Part shown: positions 29,738-40,846 of the stretch, piece by piece
Position numbering within the stretch: position 1 is the stretch's first letter
Layout of the letters: every line of letters begins with the position of its first letter
IMG/VR virus record: IMGVR_UViG_3300034157_000063
Length of the DNA: 64,000 bases
Strand: one strand, 5' to 3'
Source of the DNA: a virus
Lineage: Duplodnaviria > Heunggongvirae > Uroviricota > Caudoviricetes
Made by a program: the position numbers and the translations under genes
Notes under the pieces: generated by a model
Databases searched by the model: none
What the model was told of the DNA's origin: nothing
The model's input: the letters and a program-made list of their open reading frames with translations, nothing else

Positions 29738-30445
29738 ATGGACAGACGAAAAAATCATAAGATTCTTAGACGTTTTAAAAATGGTTCACAACTTGAAAAC
29801 ACTTTTGAGACATCTAAGACCGAGGGCATGAATACTGTATTTAGTCCGTCTGCTGAAAATATTCTTGTTCATTATTCTAATGGTATTCGTCATTGTGTGA
29901 TTGATGAAGGGTTTCCTTATTTTTACACATTAGAACAAGACGGTAGTTTTTCTTTTTCAGCTACTGGTTATAGTTCAATTGGTTTTATTGCTAGTGATCA
30001 TTATTCTAATTTTGAAGAAGTTTTTGCAGTTTTTAAGAAATTAAATACACTCAATAGTGCTCATGCTGAACAGTTTTTTATTGACGCTTATGAACACTTT
30101 ACACATCAAAAGAATGCTACCTTTACTTATAGCTATAATTTAGGATTTAAAGATTTAGAAAATGATGTTCATGGTGGCGATCATGTCGTTATCTATGATA
30201 TTAAAGGTGAATTTAATTTAAACATGGAATTTCATTTTCTTGATTCAACAATAGTCCTTCGTTGCAAATACAGTGATAGTAAGAAAACAAAAAACAAAGT
30301 GAAAATATACAGTGGTGATTTTGAATCTGTCTGCAAGCATATTTTCAAAGAAGCTGAGATATTTTCTTGCTTGGAAGATGACATTATTGATTTTGATAGT
30401 GATCTTAATGAGTTGTTTCGTTTAAGTGAAATTGTTGATTTTTAA
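29738..30445 (+). CDS. Hypothetical protein, MxxI-tail variant
   Basis: Ends LSEIVDF; GAGG SD. Confidence 0.8.
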   Translation: MDRRKNHKILRRFKNGSQLENTFETSKTEGMNTVFSPSAENILVHYSNGIRHCVIDEGFPYFYTLEQDGSFSFSATGYSSIGFIASDHYSNFEEVFAVFKKLNTLNSAHAEQFFIDAYEHFTHQKNATFTYSYNLGFKDLENDVHGGDHVVIYDIKGEFNLNMEFHFLDSTIVLRCKYSDSKKTKNKVKIYSGDFESVCKHIFKEAEIFSCLEDDIIDFDSDLNELFRLSEIVDF

Positions 30446-30506
30446 AATTTACTTTTTTTGGTTATGTTGTATAATGTAGTTATAATTAACAACTACTGGT
30501 CAATTA

Positions 30507-32072
30507 ATGCCATTATTTAAAAAATCCATTTCTGAGAAATTAAATCTCGATTTGATAAATTTTGCAGATAAAGAGAAAGAAAATCTTGCAAAAAAAACCG
30601 TATACCTAAGAAAAGACGTTGAAAAAGATCAAAAAAGTTTGATGGTTGTAGGTCTTGCAACAGGTGTATCTACTATTTTAGTTGTAGGTAGTCTTCTTGC
30701 TCACGTCACCAACACGATACCACTTGATGTGGCTAAATCAATGGCTCAAATGGCAATCGTTACTTCCGCAGGAGCTTTTGCTGCAACGCCTTTAATGAAT
30801 CTTTATGACAAAATGAAAGACGGTTTATGTAAAATATCAGGTGAAAAATTAAAATCTGTCAATGATTATGAATATGACTATCAAGAATTATCTATTTTTA
30901 AAGAGCGTATTGCTGGAAAGATCGAAACACCTATCAATCAAGAAAATAGATATATTACTGCAGAAGAAGTTAAACTTGAAGGCAGGGATTATCTTTACAA
31001 TTCATTCGCTACGGGTGTTGTAGGCACTATGCTTGCAGCCGGATTAACTAATAGCATGACCAATGTTCTTCCAGTTAGTTCTGTGGAACCCATTATGACC
31101 GCTGGTTTGTATTCATTGCCTTTGTATGCGATCTCTCCTTTGTTAACGCTTGTTGATAAGTGTAAAGAGAATTACAGTAAAATTACTTCATCATTAAAAA
31201 CGAATGCAGCTTTGGCTAATGAAATTGACAATGGTTTAACAAATGTTGTTTTTGCTGCACCTATCATGGAAGCTAATAAATTAGATGTCAATGTAGCTAC
31301 GATGCCAACAATAGATTATCAATTACCTGCTAAAAAACCAGAAGTGCCTATGAACCAAGATGGCTTAATGGATAAGTCTGATTACTTAAATTTAGTGAGT
31401 GATGTGAGAAAGTCTTATGCTGCTTTACTTCCTGCTCCAACTACTAAACTTATTAGCTTACATGATGATAATTATTTTGTTGAAGCTCAACTTGAAAATG
31501 AAATCAATATTGCAATTGAGAATTCAACTATTAACGTTAATACACCAACTGCTAACATTATAGAAGTTCCTTATGTGAAAGATAACTTGAAGAAGCCATT
31601 GTTTATAGACTCTTTTATAAAACAAGAAAAAGAAGAAAAACCTGTTAATGTTGCCACAGTAGAAAATGACAATTTAACTACGAGTGACTTACTTAAATTT
31701 GTGACAAAAATTAAGGAAACGTATCAACCATTACCAGAGCCAACTACCAGACAAATACCTAAAGAAGTATTTATCTTTGAAGAGCCAGAGTTAATAGACA
31801 TGCCAGTATCAGGTATTAGTACTAAACAAGCTTCAACTACTGAACTTAATATCAATATACCAAAAGAACTTGAAGGTTTAAAAGCGAGCAAAGCTGATGA
31901 TGTTTTACCTATTCTTGAAATTCAAGATAATGGATTTAAAGTTAAAAAAGGTGATCACATTAAACAATTCTTCAAAGATCAAATTCTTAAACAACAAGCT
32001 ATGGATAATCCTAAACCAGAAAATCTTGTTGCTAATAAGCAAGATCGTGTTAAAAGCCGTATGACTGTATAA
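30507..32072 (+). CDS. Membrane-associated protein with duplicated hydrophobic hairpins and internal repeats
   Basis: GLATGVSTILVVG / SFATGVVGTMLAAG repeats; LPAPTT / LPEPTT repeats; basic tail DRVKSRMTV. Confidence 0.8.
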   Translation: MPLFKKSISEKLNLDLINFADKEKENLAKKTVYLRKDVEKDQKSLMVVGLATGVSTILVVGSLLAHVTNTIPLDVAKSMAQMAIVTSAGAFAATPLMNLYDKMKDGLCKISGEKLKSVNDYEYDYQELSIFKERIAGKIETPINQENRYITAEEVKLEGRDYLYNSFATGVVGTMLAAGLTNSMTNVLPVSSVEPIMTAGLYSLPLYAISPLLTLVDKCKENYSKITSSLKTNAALANEIDNGLTNVVFAAPIMEANKLDVNVATMPTIDYQLPAKKPEVPMNQDGLMDKSDYLNLVSDVRKSYAALLPAPTTKLISLHDDNYFVEAQLENEINIAIENSTINVNTPTANIIEVPYVKDNLKKPLFIDSFIKQEKEEKPVNVATVENDNLTTSDLLKFVTKIKETYQPLPEPTTRQIPKEVFIFEEPELIDMPVSGISTKQASTTELNINIPKELEGLKASKADDVLPILEIQDNGFKVKKGDHIKQFFKDQILKQQAMDNPKPENLVANKQDRVKSRMTV

Positions 32073-32086
32073 TTTATTGATGTATT

Positions 32087-32112
32087 AAAAAAGGCCGATG
32101 AGGTCTTTTTTT
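32087..32112 (+). terminator. Intrinsic terminator
   Basis: AAAAAGGCC-gatga-GGTCTTTTTTT. Confidence 0.7.
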
Positions 32113-32171
32113 ATTGTTTAAACATTTAAAATATGATATAATTAACCAAATTTAAATTGAGGAAATTATTC

Positions 32172-32963
32172 ATGAATGACGTTATATTGAAAAAAGACGT
32201 GATTATTGATCAGCACTTTGGTGAACTTATTTTTATTGAATACGAAAATAAAATCATCAATAGTCTTGTGTTCGATTATTTTGGTGAGTCTGTATCAATT
32301 GATTATTTTAGTCAATCTATCTTAGAACATAATATTTTAGATGTGAAAGGGTTTATTCGTTGTGATAACATCCGTATCCCCTTTAAATTTTGTGGCGATA
32401 TGACAAGTAATAAAGGTCATTCAATGGATATTTCTTTGTATTATGATGTGGTTTATTCTCGTGACAAAGATTTTAAAGATGATAATTATTACAATATCAA
32501 TACACCGATTAAAAATGTTTTACGTGAACAGGTTGAAGATTACACTCAAAAATTAATTGCTTGTTTACCCAGTAAACATTCAAAAGATTTTACTGACGTG
32601 CTCTCTTTTCTATATTTTTATCCCCACATAGACAAAAAAAATGGAAAGACGTTAAAAGTTTTTATTGATATGAATAGAAAAAGTATTATTTATTTCATTA
32701 ATCATTATCAAAGTACATCCACTAGATTTAATTCTAATTTATCATTTTTTTACGATGGTGAAACCTTTTCACTTAATTCATCAAATTTTACCAGTGTTGA
32801 TGTTAGTGATGTGACGATTGAAGATTGTTGGAAACATTTGATTACTCGTCACTTTAGATATTCAAATATTTATAGCTTTATCAACAGCAGTTATACATCC
32901 CTTAATGAGCTTATGGCTCATATAGATGAAGCTTTTTTAGTTTTTGAAATGGATAATATTTAG
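32172..32963 (+). CDS. Hypothetical protein, MxxI-tail family
   Basis: ATG 32172 after GAGG; ends VFEMDNI. Confidence 0.8.
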   Translation: MNDVILKKDVIIDQHFGELIFIEYENKIINSLVFDYFGESVSIDYFSQSILEHNILDVKGFIRCDNIRIPFKFCGDMTSNKGHSMDISLYYDVVYSRDKDFKDDNYYNINTPIKNVLREQVEDYTQKLIACLPSKHSKDFTDVLSFLYFYPHIDKKNGKTLKVFIDMNRKSIIYFINHYQSTSTRFNSNLSFFYDGETFSLNSSNFTSVDVSDVTIEDCWKHLITRHFRYSNIYSFINSSYTSLNELMAHIDEAFLVFEMDNI

Positions 32964-33021
32964 TTGAATTTTGGTATTATAATGTGGTATAATAGGTCAA
33001 ATGAAAAAAAGGAGTTACACC

Positions 33022-33672
33022 ATGAAAACTATTCAATATGTTGTGAATAAAGAAAAAGCTAAGGTTGCCTCATTTGATGTTGACCCTCAAAAAAGCTTCA
33101 CTCCACTGTTTCCAGATGAATTGCCGGTAGCAGGCGGTCACCTGATTGCTGCTGCACTTAACGCACAAGCTGAACTGGCTGGTTTTCGTGTAGGTTCAAA
33201 AGATATTCATGCTACCAATGCTTATTGGGTAGCCGATGAAAAGAACCCCCAATTCAGCCCAGTGGCTCCACAGTTTCTTGATATGGATATTCACTGGAAA
33301 GCTCACTGTATTCTTGGCACAGAAGGTGTTGAGTTCTTGGATGAACTCCCAAAGGCCGATAAGTATGATTTTATGGTCTATAAAGGTATTGAGCGACATA
33401 TGCACCCTTATGGTGCTTGCTATCATGACCTCGGCAACAAAAAAACTACGGGTGTGATTGAAGTTCTTCGTGCTAATGGCATTGAACTTGTTCTGGTAGG
33501 TGGTCTTGCGACTGACTATTGTGTTAAGAACACCGCAATCCAGTTAAAACTCGCCGGTTTTGATGTGGTGGTTAACTTGTCAGCCTGTCGTCATATTGCT
33601 GATGAAACCTTGGATATTGCTATCAAAGAAATGATTGAGCATGGTATTGTGGTTGCTGATACTGTCGCTTAA
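33022..33672 (+). CDS. pncA: Nicotinamidase (isochorismatase family)
   Basis: DVDPQKSF, SKDIH, WKAHC, VYKG, GLATDYCV; ATG 33022 after AAGGAG. Confidence 0.88.
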   Translation: MKTIQYVVNKEKAKVASFDVDPQKSFTPLFPDELPVAGGHLIAAALNAQAELAGFRVGSKDIHATNAYWVADEKNPQFSPVAPQFLDMDIHWKAHCILGTEGVEFLDELPKADKYDFMVYKGIERHMHPYGACYHDLGNKKTTGVIEVLRANGIELVLVGGLATDYCVKNTAIQLKLAGFDVVVNLSACRHIADETLDIAIKEMIEHGIVVADTVA

Positions 33673-33690
33673 TCGGTTTATCCAGTAAAT

Positions 33691-33720
33691 GAAGCCATGA
33701 CTTTTGTTGTGGCTTTTTTT
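33691..33720 (+). terminator. Intrinsic terminator
   Basis: AAGCCATGAC-tttt-GTTGTGGCTT followed by T-tract. Confidence 0.7.
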
Positions 33721-33774
33721 GTTTACAGCATTAAGGTGTTGTGCTATAATTGTTCAAATTTTAGGAGAGATAAC

Positions 33775-34620
33775 ATGAATACGATTGATTTTGTGCAACA
33801 AGGAAATAAGCGTAAGAAAGCCTTTGTTGTAGATACCTTTGCTCGTAAAGTGCTTAATGACATTTTTCCTGTTATCAACGATCTTTCTAATAATGATATT
33901 CATGTTATCAATTATGTTGTTTTTCGTGGTAAACGTCTCATTGATGTTATTGTTCGTTATAAAGATCTTTGCTTGCCTATGGCTCTTGATTTCTCCATTG
34001 ACAGTGATTTAGATTGCACATACATTAAAGGCTACAGGGCTATTTATAAGTTTAATATTTCTATTGTTAATGACCGATTCCAAAGTATTCTGTTTGATGA
34101 CAATCGTGAAGATAACTTCAACGTTGAAACACTTAAAGAATTTTTAGGGGATGACGCGGAACGTTTTAGCATTCTGTATGACAGTTATTACAATAAATAT
34201 AACTCACCCATGCAGTATAAGCAGCATGTATTGAAAGCCACCGCTCCTGATGCTAAACCAACATCTGATATTTCTTTTGATTGTGAGTTTCAATACATGA
34301 GCGATACATCAGGATTCTTTTTTAATATTTATAGCAATGGTATTGAATATAAGAAGAATGTAGCGAGAGTGGAAGAACTGTGTTATCAATTGAAACCAAT
34401 GGAAGGCACTATCTCGGGTAAGTTCACCAGTATTGATTTTTGGTCAACTATTAAAGAAAACCCTTCTATGATTTCTGAACCTTTTAGGGTTGCCATTCAG
34501 AAACATTACAATGTGGATGATTATGTTATTCCTCATTTTGATTCTCATATTGAATTGTTTGATTTTTACAATGAAGAAAAAATACGAATTAAGGAAATCA
34601 GTGAAATGATAAAAATTTAA
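33775..34620 (+). CDS. Hypothetical protein, MxxI-tail family
   Basis: ATG 33775 after AGGAG; ends ISEMIKI. Confidence 0.8.
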   Translation: MNTIDFVQQGNKRKKAFVVDTFARKVLNDIFPVINDLSNNDIHVINYVVFRGKRLIDVIVRYKDLCLPMALDFSIDSDLDCTYIKGYRAIYKFNISIVNDRFQSILFDDNREDNFNVETLKEFLGDDAERFSILYDSYYNKYNSPMQYKQHVLKATAPDAKPTSDISFDCEFQYMSDTSGFFFNIYSNGIEYKKNVARVEELCYQLKPMEGTISGKFTSIDFWSTIKENPSMISEPFRVAIQKHYNVDDYVIPHFDSHIELFDFYNEEKIRIKEISEMIKI

Positions 34621-34643
34621 AACTATTAATCAGGAGTTTAATC

Positions 34644-35447
34644 ATGCGTCGTAGTCATTTTAAACATTTCTTTGAAACCTATTTCAATTATCCTTATGAA
34701 AAACTTGAATTATGGGACGCTGATTGCGTGCGTAAAGAAATTGCTACTTCGTATGAGTGTACGCTGGATGAAGTCGATTGTTTCTTTCTTTTTAGTAACC
34801 CATTGACTTACCGCTATAAAGAAATACAGCACTATGGATTTTATAGGATAAAAAATTCAGATTTTTACGTTCCTTTTTTTGCTCATTGCTCGCCATCATT
34901 GGTTACGGCTCATGTTGAAATGAAATTTAATTATGACATTAACAATTCTGTATTTGATTTTCGTCACGTTCCTCTTAAAAAAGAGAGAACACGGGAATTT
35001 TATGAATTGACTATGGAGAATATTCAACCATTTATAAGAAATATTCTCAGCAGATCTGGTTTGTTGGTACTGGATGAACAGTTTAAGAAAAGTTCTATTT
35101 ACTTTGATTTTGATTTTTCTTATTTTACGTTGGAAGTGGCTCATAGAGGTCATAATTTCAATGAATCCTTTGCGATTACTTATAAAAACAATCTAGATAA
35201 CGATGTGACTGATGCTTTTTTTCATTGTCGTTATTATCTTCGATATTGCCTCAACAAAAAAGTAGAAAATCTTCAGGTTAGTAGCAGTAATATTAACTTG
35301 AATAATTTATTGTTCAATAAAGATGAAATGTTGCATCAATCTTTCAGTGGTATGAATGATTTTGGTTGTTTTGAGTATACGACCATTGATGAGTTGGATA
35401 CGCTTGTCAAAGAATATAGAAAGGTAGAAAAGATGTATATTATTTAA
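34644..35447 (+). CDS. Hypothetical protein, MxxI-tail family; close paralog of next ORF
   Basis: Ends YTTIDELDTLVKEYRKVEKMYII. Confidence 0.85.
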   Translation: MRRSHFKHFFETYFNYPYEKLELWDADCVRKEIATSYECTLDEVDCFFLFSNPLTYRYKEIQHYGFYRIKNSDFYVPFFAHCSPSLVTAHVEMKFNYDINNSVFDFRHVPLKKERTREFYELTMENIQPFIRNILSRSGLLVLDEQFKKSSIYFDFDFSYFTLEVAHRGHNFNESFAITYKNNLDNDVTDAFFHCRYYLRYCLNKKVENLQVSSSNINLNNLLFNKDEMLHQSFSGMNDFGCFEYTTIDELDTLVKEYRKVEKMYII

Positions 35448-35459
35448 GTGGAGTCAATA

Positions 35460-36275
35460 ATGGAAAGTTTACATTTTAAATCTTACTTTGAACAATATTT
35501 TAACTACAATTATGATAAATTGAAATTTTATCAATCGGATCGTGTTCATGAGATTATCGCAAAATCTTACAATTGTTCGATGTCGGATGTAGAGTGTGTA
35601 TTCGTCCATCAGAAAATATTACCACAAATTCAAACTGATCTGGAATATCAAGACGAAGAAGAACAAACTTATGAGTTCTATGAAAGTCAGCTTTATGGTT
35701 TCTATCGAGTTCATCAATCTGATTTCTATATTCCTTTCTTTTCCTACTTGAATGACAAATATGTGTTACCACGTATTGAGTTAGTCTTTAATTATCAGAT
35801 TAACAATTCTGTGTTCGATTGTTTTCATTTACCACTTAAAAAAGAAAAAACACCTGAGTTTTATAAGTCTATTATTGCTAACTTAAATCCAATGGTTACC
35901 AAGGCTATCCAAACATCTGGCATTATGGTTTTAAATGAACCGCTTAGAAAAAGTAGTATTCATATTGATTTATATCTATCTCAGGTCGATTTAGCCAATA
36001 AAGGTACTCAATTTAAAGAAACGTTATCTTTTTGTTTTGGTGCTTCGTATGACGATATGTTGTTTTTCCATTATGACCTTAGATATTGTATCAATAATCA
36101 AATGGAACACCTTTTTGTTAGAGCCAACAATATGGCTGATTTTAATAAAGAAACGTTTCTTCGACATTCTTTTAAGTGTATAGACATTTTTTGTGATTTT
36201 AACTACACCACGATTGATGAACTTGATGTTCTGGTTAAGAAATATCGTCAAGTCGAAAAAATGTACACTATTTAG
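35460..36275 (+). CDS. Hypothetical protein, MxxI-tail family; tandem duplicate
   Basis: ATG 35460 after GGAG; ends YTTIDELDVLVKKYRQVEKMYTI. Confidence 0.85.
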   Translation: MESLHFKSYFEQYFNYNYDKLKFYQSDRVHEIIAKSYNCSMSDVECVFVHQKILPQIQTDLEYQDEEEQTYEFYESQLYGFYRVHQSDFYIPFFSYLNDKYVLPRIELVFNYQINNSVFDCFHLPLKKEKTPEFYKSIIANLNPMVTKAIQTSGIMVLNEPLRKSSIHIDLYLSQVDLANKGTQFKETLSFCFGASYDDMLFFHYDLRYCINNQMEHLFVRANNMADFNKETFLRHSFKCIDIFCDFNYTTIDELDVLVKKYRQVEKMYTI

Positions 36276-36334
36276 TTGATTTTTTGGTGTGATTTTGCTA
36301 TTATAGCAGGGTCTTAACCAAAAGGAGAAACATC

Positions 36335-37168
36335 ATGGTAGACCAAACTCTGCAACAACTTACGCTAGGCGAACGTATGAAAGCCTACGAAGATAAAGAA
36401 ACAAAACTTCGCTTTGATCGTACTCAACCTGTTTATGCTCGTATTGATGGCCGGTCTTTTAGTAAATTTACTAAGGGCATGAAAAAGCCTTTCGATGAAA
36501 AGCTCTCAATGGCAATGATTGAAGTCACTAAGTATCTTGTGAAAGAAACAGGTGCAACTGTGGGCTACACTCAATCCGACGAAATCAGTCTTGCTTGGTA
36601 TGGCAGCGATACACGTTCAAATATTTTCTTTGATGGACGGATTCAAAAAATGGTCAGTAACGTAGCCTCAATTGCGACTGCTAAGTTTATGGTCTACGCT
36701 CTTCAACATTGGGGCGAAAAGTGCCTTCAAAAGCTTCCTACGTTTGATTGCCGCATTATCAACATGCCCAACTTCTCAGAAGTGTCTAACATGTTTATGT
36801 GGCGATCAATGGACGCTTACAAGAACTCAATCAGTATGGCAGCAATGGCTGAATTCAGTCACAAGCAACTGACGGGTGTTAACGGTGCTGATAAAATTGA
36901 AATGATGATGAAGAAAGGTGTAGACTTTAATGCACTCCCTAACTTCTTTAAGTATGGTACTTTTGTCCGTAACGAATCATTCTTTATCACTGCGAAAGAA
37001 GCTAACATTCCAGAACAGTTCTTGAATGAAGAAAACTCCAAAGGTTTCATGCGTCGTCGTGTTGTAGAAGTTGACCTTGGAAACTTTGTTGATGTTGCTA
37101 ACAAAGTTGCGTTCATCTTCAACGGTGCTGAACCGGAGTTTAAGATTGATAATGCCATTCTTGTTTGA
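36335..37168 (+). CDS. tRNA(His) guanylyltransferase Thg1-like 3'-5' polymerase
   Basis: RMKAYE, RIDGRSFSKFT, KPFD, YTQSDEISL, FDGRIQK, FDCR, WRSMDAYKNS motifs. Confidence 0.93.
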   Translation: MVDQTLQQLTLGERMKAYEDKETKLRFDRTQPVYARIDGRSFSKFTKGMKKPFDEKLSMAMIEVTKYLVKETGATVGYTQSDEISLAWYGSDTRSNIFFDGRIQKMVSNVASIATAKFMVYALQHWGEKCLQKLPTFDCRIINMPNFSEVSNMFMWRSMDAYKNSISMAAMAEFSHKQLTGVNGADKIEMMMKKGVDFNALPNFFKYGTFVRNESFFITAKEANIPEQFLNEENSKGFMRRRVVEVDLGNFVDVANKVAFIFNGAEPEFKIDNAILV

Positions 37169-37189
37169 TTGAAATGTAAAAGTTGTAAC

Positions 37190-37228
37190 AAAAAAATGTA
37201 GCTTTCTCACGATTGCTGCATTTTTTTT
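37190..37228. terminator. Bidirectional terminator
   Basis: AAAAAAATGTAGC...GCTGCATTTTTTT between convergent genes. Confidence 0.65.
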
Positions 37229-37229
37229 G

Positions 37230-38477
37230 TCAAGAATTTTTCATTTGTTCTAATTTTACATGTTGATACGTTAATTCATACGGCTCGATATCTGATGATT
37301 TTGCTAGTGTATTACATATATGCTCACACAGTTTTTTATAAATGGCTGCAAAATCATCATGCTTATAACTAAAATCATAAGTGTGTAGTTCTGTGTCTCT
37401 CCCTATACTAATGTTAAAATCTTTGCAAGCAAAATTAAAGATGAAATTGCTAGTATAGGCACTTTCTTTTGAGATCATTCTTTTTGGATCTTTATAAATT
37501 GTCAGTAATATTTCATTAACATAAGGATTTTTTAATTGATGATGAAAATCAAATAATGCTATGATAGACAATAAATAGGATAAATTCTTATCTTGAAAGA
37601 CAGGTGTTAACAATTTTCTTAAGGTTTTAATATTTTTTGTATACAGATAAAGAGTCACTTGGTCATCTGTGGATATTCTATCAATAATTTTGGCTACACT
37701 TTTATTTCTTTCTGGATTGTGTTTCAATATCACTACCTCATGACCATTACTGAGTTCTGATTCAGGTTCCATATTGCAATGAACGTAATCTTTTATCATG
37801 ATGGTCTTATAACGTATATGCGTATTTTTGATATTGATAAAAAAATCATAATCAGTATAATCTTTGAAAAAGGCGGTTTGATTTATTCTTTTATTGTAGG
37901 CATCAACACTTTCAGTCAACACTTTATTTATTAATTCAACATTTACATCTTTTATTGTTTTCTTAAAATAATTGGATAACGACATTTTTAATTGTTTGAT
38001 AATTATTTTTTGAAAATCTGTTACATTCATTTTTTCTGCCATTGAAACTTTTAACGAATGGTTTTTCTTGAAAAATGCTGATTCTTGTTGAATATTATAA
38101 TGAGATTTTGTTATCATTATGTCAATAATCTTACTGCTGAATGTAATGGTTGTGTCCGTACTCATGATATAGATCAGATCATGATCAGGTAGAGCATCAT
38201 TGAACAATTGATAATGAAAATTAAACATTGATACTATTTGTTTGAGTTCATTTTTGCTTAATTGTGGAAGAAAGAAGGATAGACACGTCTCTATACTGGA
38301 CGTGGTATAGTATTCCATGATGTTAAAACTAAGTTGATGATCCTTCATTATGAAGCTATTGATACTGTCATCAATATTATCATTATCGACTTCTACAATT
38401 CCATTGGATAGAAAGTAATCTCTTAAACAAAGCGGATTAGACATAAGTTTATCAGTATTTGAAATCGTATTTTTCAT
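37230..38477 (-). CDS. Hypothetical protein, MxxI-tail variant; paralog of 38493..39716
   Basis: 415 aa; ends HVKLEQMKNS. Confidence 0.85.
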   Translation of the reverse strand: MKNTISNTDKLMSNPLCLRDYFLSNGIVEVDNDNIDDSINSFIMKDHQLSFNIMEYYTTSSIETCLSFFLPQLSKNELKQIVSMFNFHYQLFNDALPDHDLIYIMSTDTTITFSSKIIDIMITKSHYNIQQESAFFKKNHSLKVSMAEKMNVTDFQKIIIKQLKMSLSNYFKKTIKDVNVELINKVLTESVDAYNKRINQTAFFKDYTDYDFFINIKNTHIRYKTIMIKDYVHCNMEPESELSNGHEVVILKHNPERNKSVAKIIDRISTDDQVTLYLYTKNIKTLRKLLTPVFQDKNLSYLLSIIALFDFHHQLKNPYVNEILLTIYKDPKRMISKESAYTSNFIFNFACKDFNISIGRDTELHTYDFSYKHDDFAAIYKKLCEHICNTLAKSSDIEPYELTYQHVKLEQMKNS

Positions 38478-38492
38478 TTTATTGATCGCCCT

Positions 38493-39716
38493 TTATGAAT
38501 TTTTCATTTGCTGTAGTTTTACGTGTTCAAACCTTAATTCTTTTGGTTCGACATCTAACGATTTAGTGAGCCATTTTTTTAAAAGATTAACAAGACTTTT
38601 ATAAATCAAATTGAATTTGTCAGATGAATAATTGTAATCATGAAGGCTATAAGACCTTATTTCAGTTTCTCTACCAATATTCAAGCTAAAATCACCTACA
38701 CTGATGTTGAAAATGTAGTTGGTGCAAAATACATATTCTTTCGAATCAAACAGAGTCGGTTCTTTTTCAATGGATATTAACTTCTGTATAGAGTAAGGGT
38801 TTTCAATCTGTTCTATAAAATTCATCAGGGATATAATTGAGAGTAAGGAAGACAATTCTTTTTCATGAAAGATTGGCTTCAATACTGTTCTGATTACATC
38901 CATTTTATTGACATCGACAAAGAGTGATACTCTGTCTTTTAAGTTCTCTAACTCAACAATATGGGTTTCTGACTCTTGTTTAATGATCGCTATATTCTTA
39001 TTTTCTAGAAAACTAAGAGACGAATCAGACTCTTCATCTTCATAAATATAATTTTTCAAGATATAGGATAATTTAGAATCATTGATGTTTTTATAAAAGC
39101 TATGATCAGTCCATTTTTTGAAAAAAGCTTTATGATTGATGCGAACATCATAAGATTCAATAGACTCATTCACAACATTGGCAATGGTTGTATTATTTAC
39201 TTTTTTTATGTCTTCATTGAAATAGAGTGATAGCGATTTCTTTAACTGTTCAATGATGACTTTTTGAAAATCATCTACGGTTAATTTTTTTAATGAATAG
39301 GCACTTTCAAAAAATGAGCATTCCTGATATATCTCGAAAGAGTGCTTAGTCACTTGAAATTCAACCAGTTTGCTGCTAAATGTAACATGATTATTAGTGA
39401 CAACAAAATGAAACACTTCATTTTTACCCATTGGAACACAAAAAAGATTATGATGAAATTCAAACATGGAGACAACTTGATTTATTTCATTCTTAGTAAA
39501 GTGAGGCATAAAAAATGACAGTATTATTCTTATATCAACTGCAGCATAATATTCAGTCAACTGGAAGTTCAAATTGTTCTCACTGACAGAAAACGTATTA
39601 AGCTTACCTTTGATATTATTATCTTTTGATTCAACAACACCCATTTTTAAAAGGTATTCTTTCAAGAAAAGGTGATTTCCAAATAATCCCAGTATATTGG
39701 CATTTGTATTTTTCAT
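38493..39716 (-). CDS. Hypothetical protein, MxxI-tail variant; tandem duplicate
   Basis: 407 aa; ends HVKLQQMKNS. Confidence 0.85.
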   Translation of the reverse strand: MKNTNANILGLFGNHLFLKEYLLKMGVVESKDNNIKGKLNTFSVSENNLNFQLTEYYAAVDIRIILSFFMPHFTKNEINQVVSMFEFHHNLFCVPMGKNEVFHFVVTNNHVTFSSKLVEFQVTKHSFEIYQECSFFESAYSLKKLTVDDFQKVIIEQLKKSLSLYFNEDIKKVNNTTIANVVNESIESYDVRINHKAFFKKWTDHSFYKNINDSKLSYILKNYIYEDEESDSSLSFLENKNIAIIKQESETHIVELENLKDRVSLFVDVNKMDVIRTVLKPIFHEKELSSLLSIISLMNFIEQIENPYSIQKLISIEKEPTLFDSKEYVFCTNYIFNISVGDFSLNIGRETEIRSYSLHDYNYSSDKFNLIYKSLVNLLKKWLTKSLDVEPKELRFEHVKLQQMKNS

Positions 39717-39839
39717 CTGGTATCCGTTAGTTGTTTATTACTTTATATTACTATTATTTTAAGTAAAAACAATGATGAAACAACATTGATTTTTTGATAT
39801 TTTGTGGTAAATTCCTTTTAACTGTAAAGAGAGGTTGTT

Positions 39840-40283
39840 ATGAGAATTAGTAGTAAATATTACTTTATGCTTTTTTTAGTGTTATTGTGTTATGGGTTTA
39901 ACTATATGTTTTACTCTACCATCAAGACCAATATGGATGGTATAGTCAATAGTTATATTGTTCCACAAGCCAGTCTTGCTAATAAAGAGAAATTAAATAT
40001 GTTGATGGCAAAGCCTTATTATTTCAAGGCTGATATGGAGGCACTTTCCGATCAAGCATTCAAGTCTTATAAGGATTCTCTCTATAAAAAAGAATTATTA
40101 GTTGATAAAATGAAGAATATTCTATTATTAAACATTAAAATTGTGTTAATTGATAATGTTAAGTCATCATTCATCTTTAATTATGTCATCAATATCGGCT
40201 TGTTGTTCAGCTTTTTATTTGCTATATTGTTTAAAGAAGGAACCGTGGAGTTAAAACGAAATGAGCCAGAGATCGATGTTTAA
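39840..40283 (+). CDS. Two-TM membrane protein
   Basis: Hydrophobic N- and C-terminal segments; GAGG SD. Confidence 0.75.
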   Translation: MRISSKYYFMLFLVLLCYGFNYMFYSTIKTNMDGIVNSYIVPQASLANKEKLNMLMAKPYYFKADMEALSDQAFKSYKDSLYKKELLVDKMKNILLLNIKIVLIDNVKSSFIFNYVINIGLLFSFLFAILFKEGTVELKRNEPEIDV

Positions 40284-40836
40284 AGAGTTGTTTAAGGATA
40301 TCCCTTTTTCACAGAAATCAAAGATGAGTTATTTCCAATGGTGTGGTGCGTTGGCATCACTGACTATTAGTGGCAAAATCTTTACTGAGTTAAAGGCGGA
40401 TTATGATTATTTGAAAGGCTATTTGACGATTGGCAGTGCATTATCTTATATGGGCCTAGTTTTGCTTTGGGTCAGTAATATTGTGTTGTTTCCAGTGTAT
40501 GCAGTCTTCTTAAAGCTGTATTGGTCGAGAAATTACAAATCCATTATGTCAAAAGGTGAAGATCCACTTTTCGATATGATGGTGAACACCCCAGAGCTTC
40601 CAGAATTAAATGGATTGAAGATCATTAAAATATTAAGCACGCAAGATTTTGGATCATATCGTAGCTATTCCGTGATGTTATCGAACAATGAGATAGTATC
40701 ACTTAATGACAATCAAATCCTTTCTAAAAACGTGTTATTAATTGAAAGGGATAAATTGTTAAAAGAATTAGCTAAGATAGATTATAAGTTAGAATATTTT
40801 AATAAGTTATTGATTGAACATAAGAAAGAGGCGTAA
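40261..40836 (+). CDS. Membrane protein
   Basis: Hydrophobic segment around residues 55-85; GGAG SD. Confidence 0.75.
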   Translation: MSQRSMFKELFKDIPFSQKSKMSYFQWCGALASLTISGKIFTELKADYDYLKGYLTIGSALSYMGLVLLWVSNIVLFPVYAVFLKLYWSRNYKSIMSKGEDPLFDMMVNTPELPELNGLKIIKILSTQDFGSYRSYSVMLSNNEIVSLNDNQILSKNVLLIERDKLLKELAKIDYKLEYFNKLLIEHKKEA

Positions 40837-40846
40837 GTCTCTTTTT

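Noticed and set aside
33022-33672. Complete NAD-reconstitution anti-defence pathway
   Set aside because: Only a nicotinamidase and an unlinked Nudix are present; no phosphoribosyltransferase or adenylyltransferase partner in this window.
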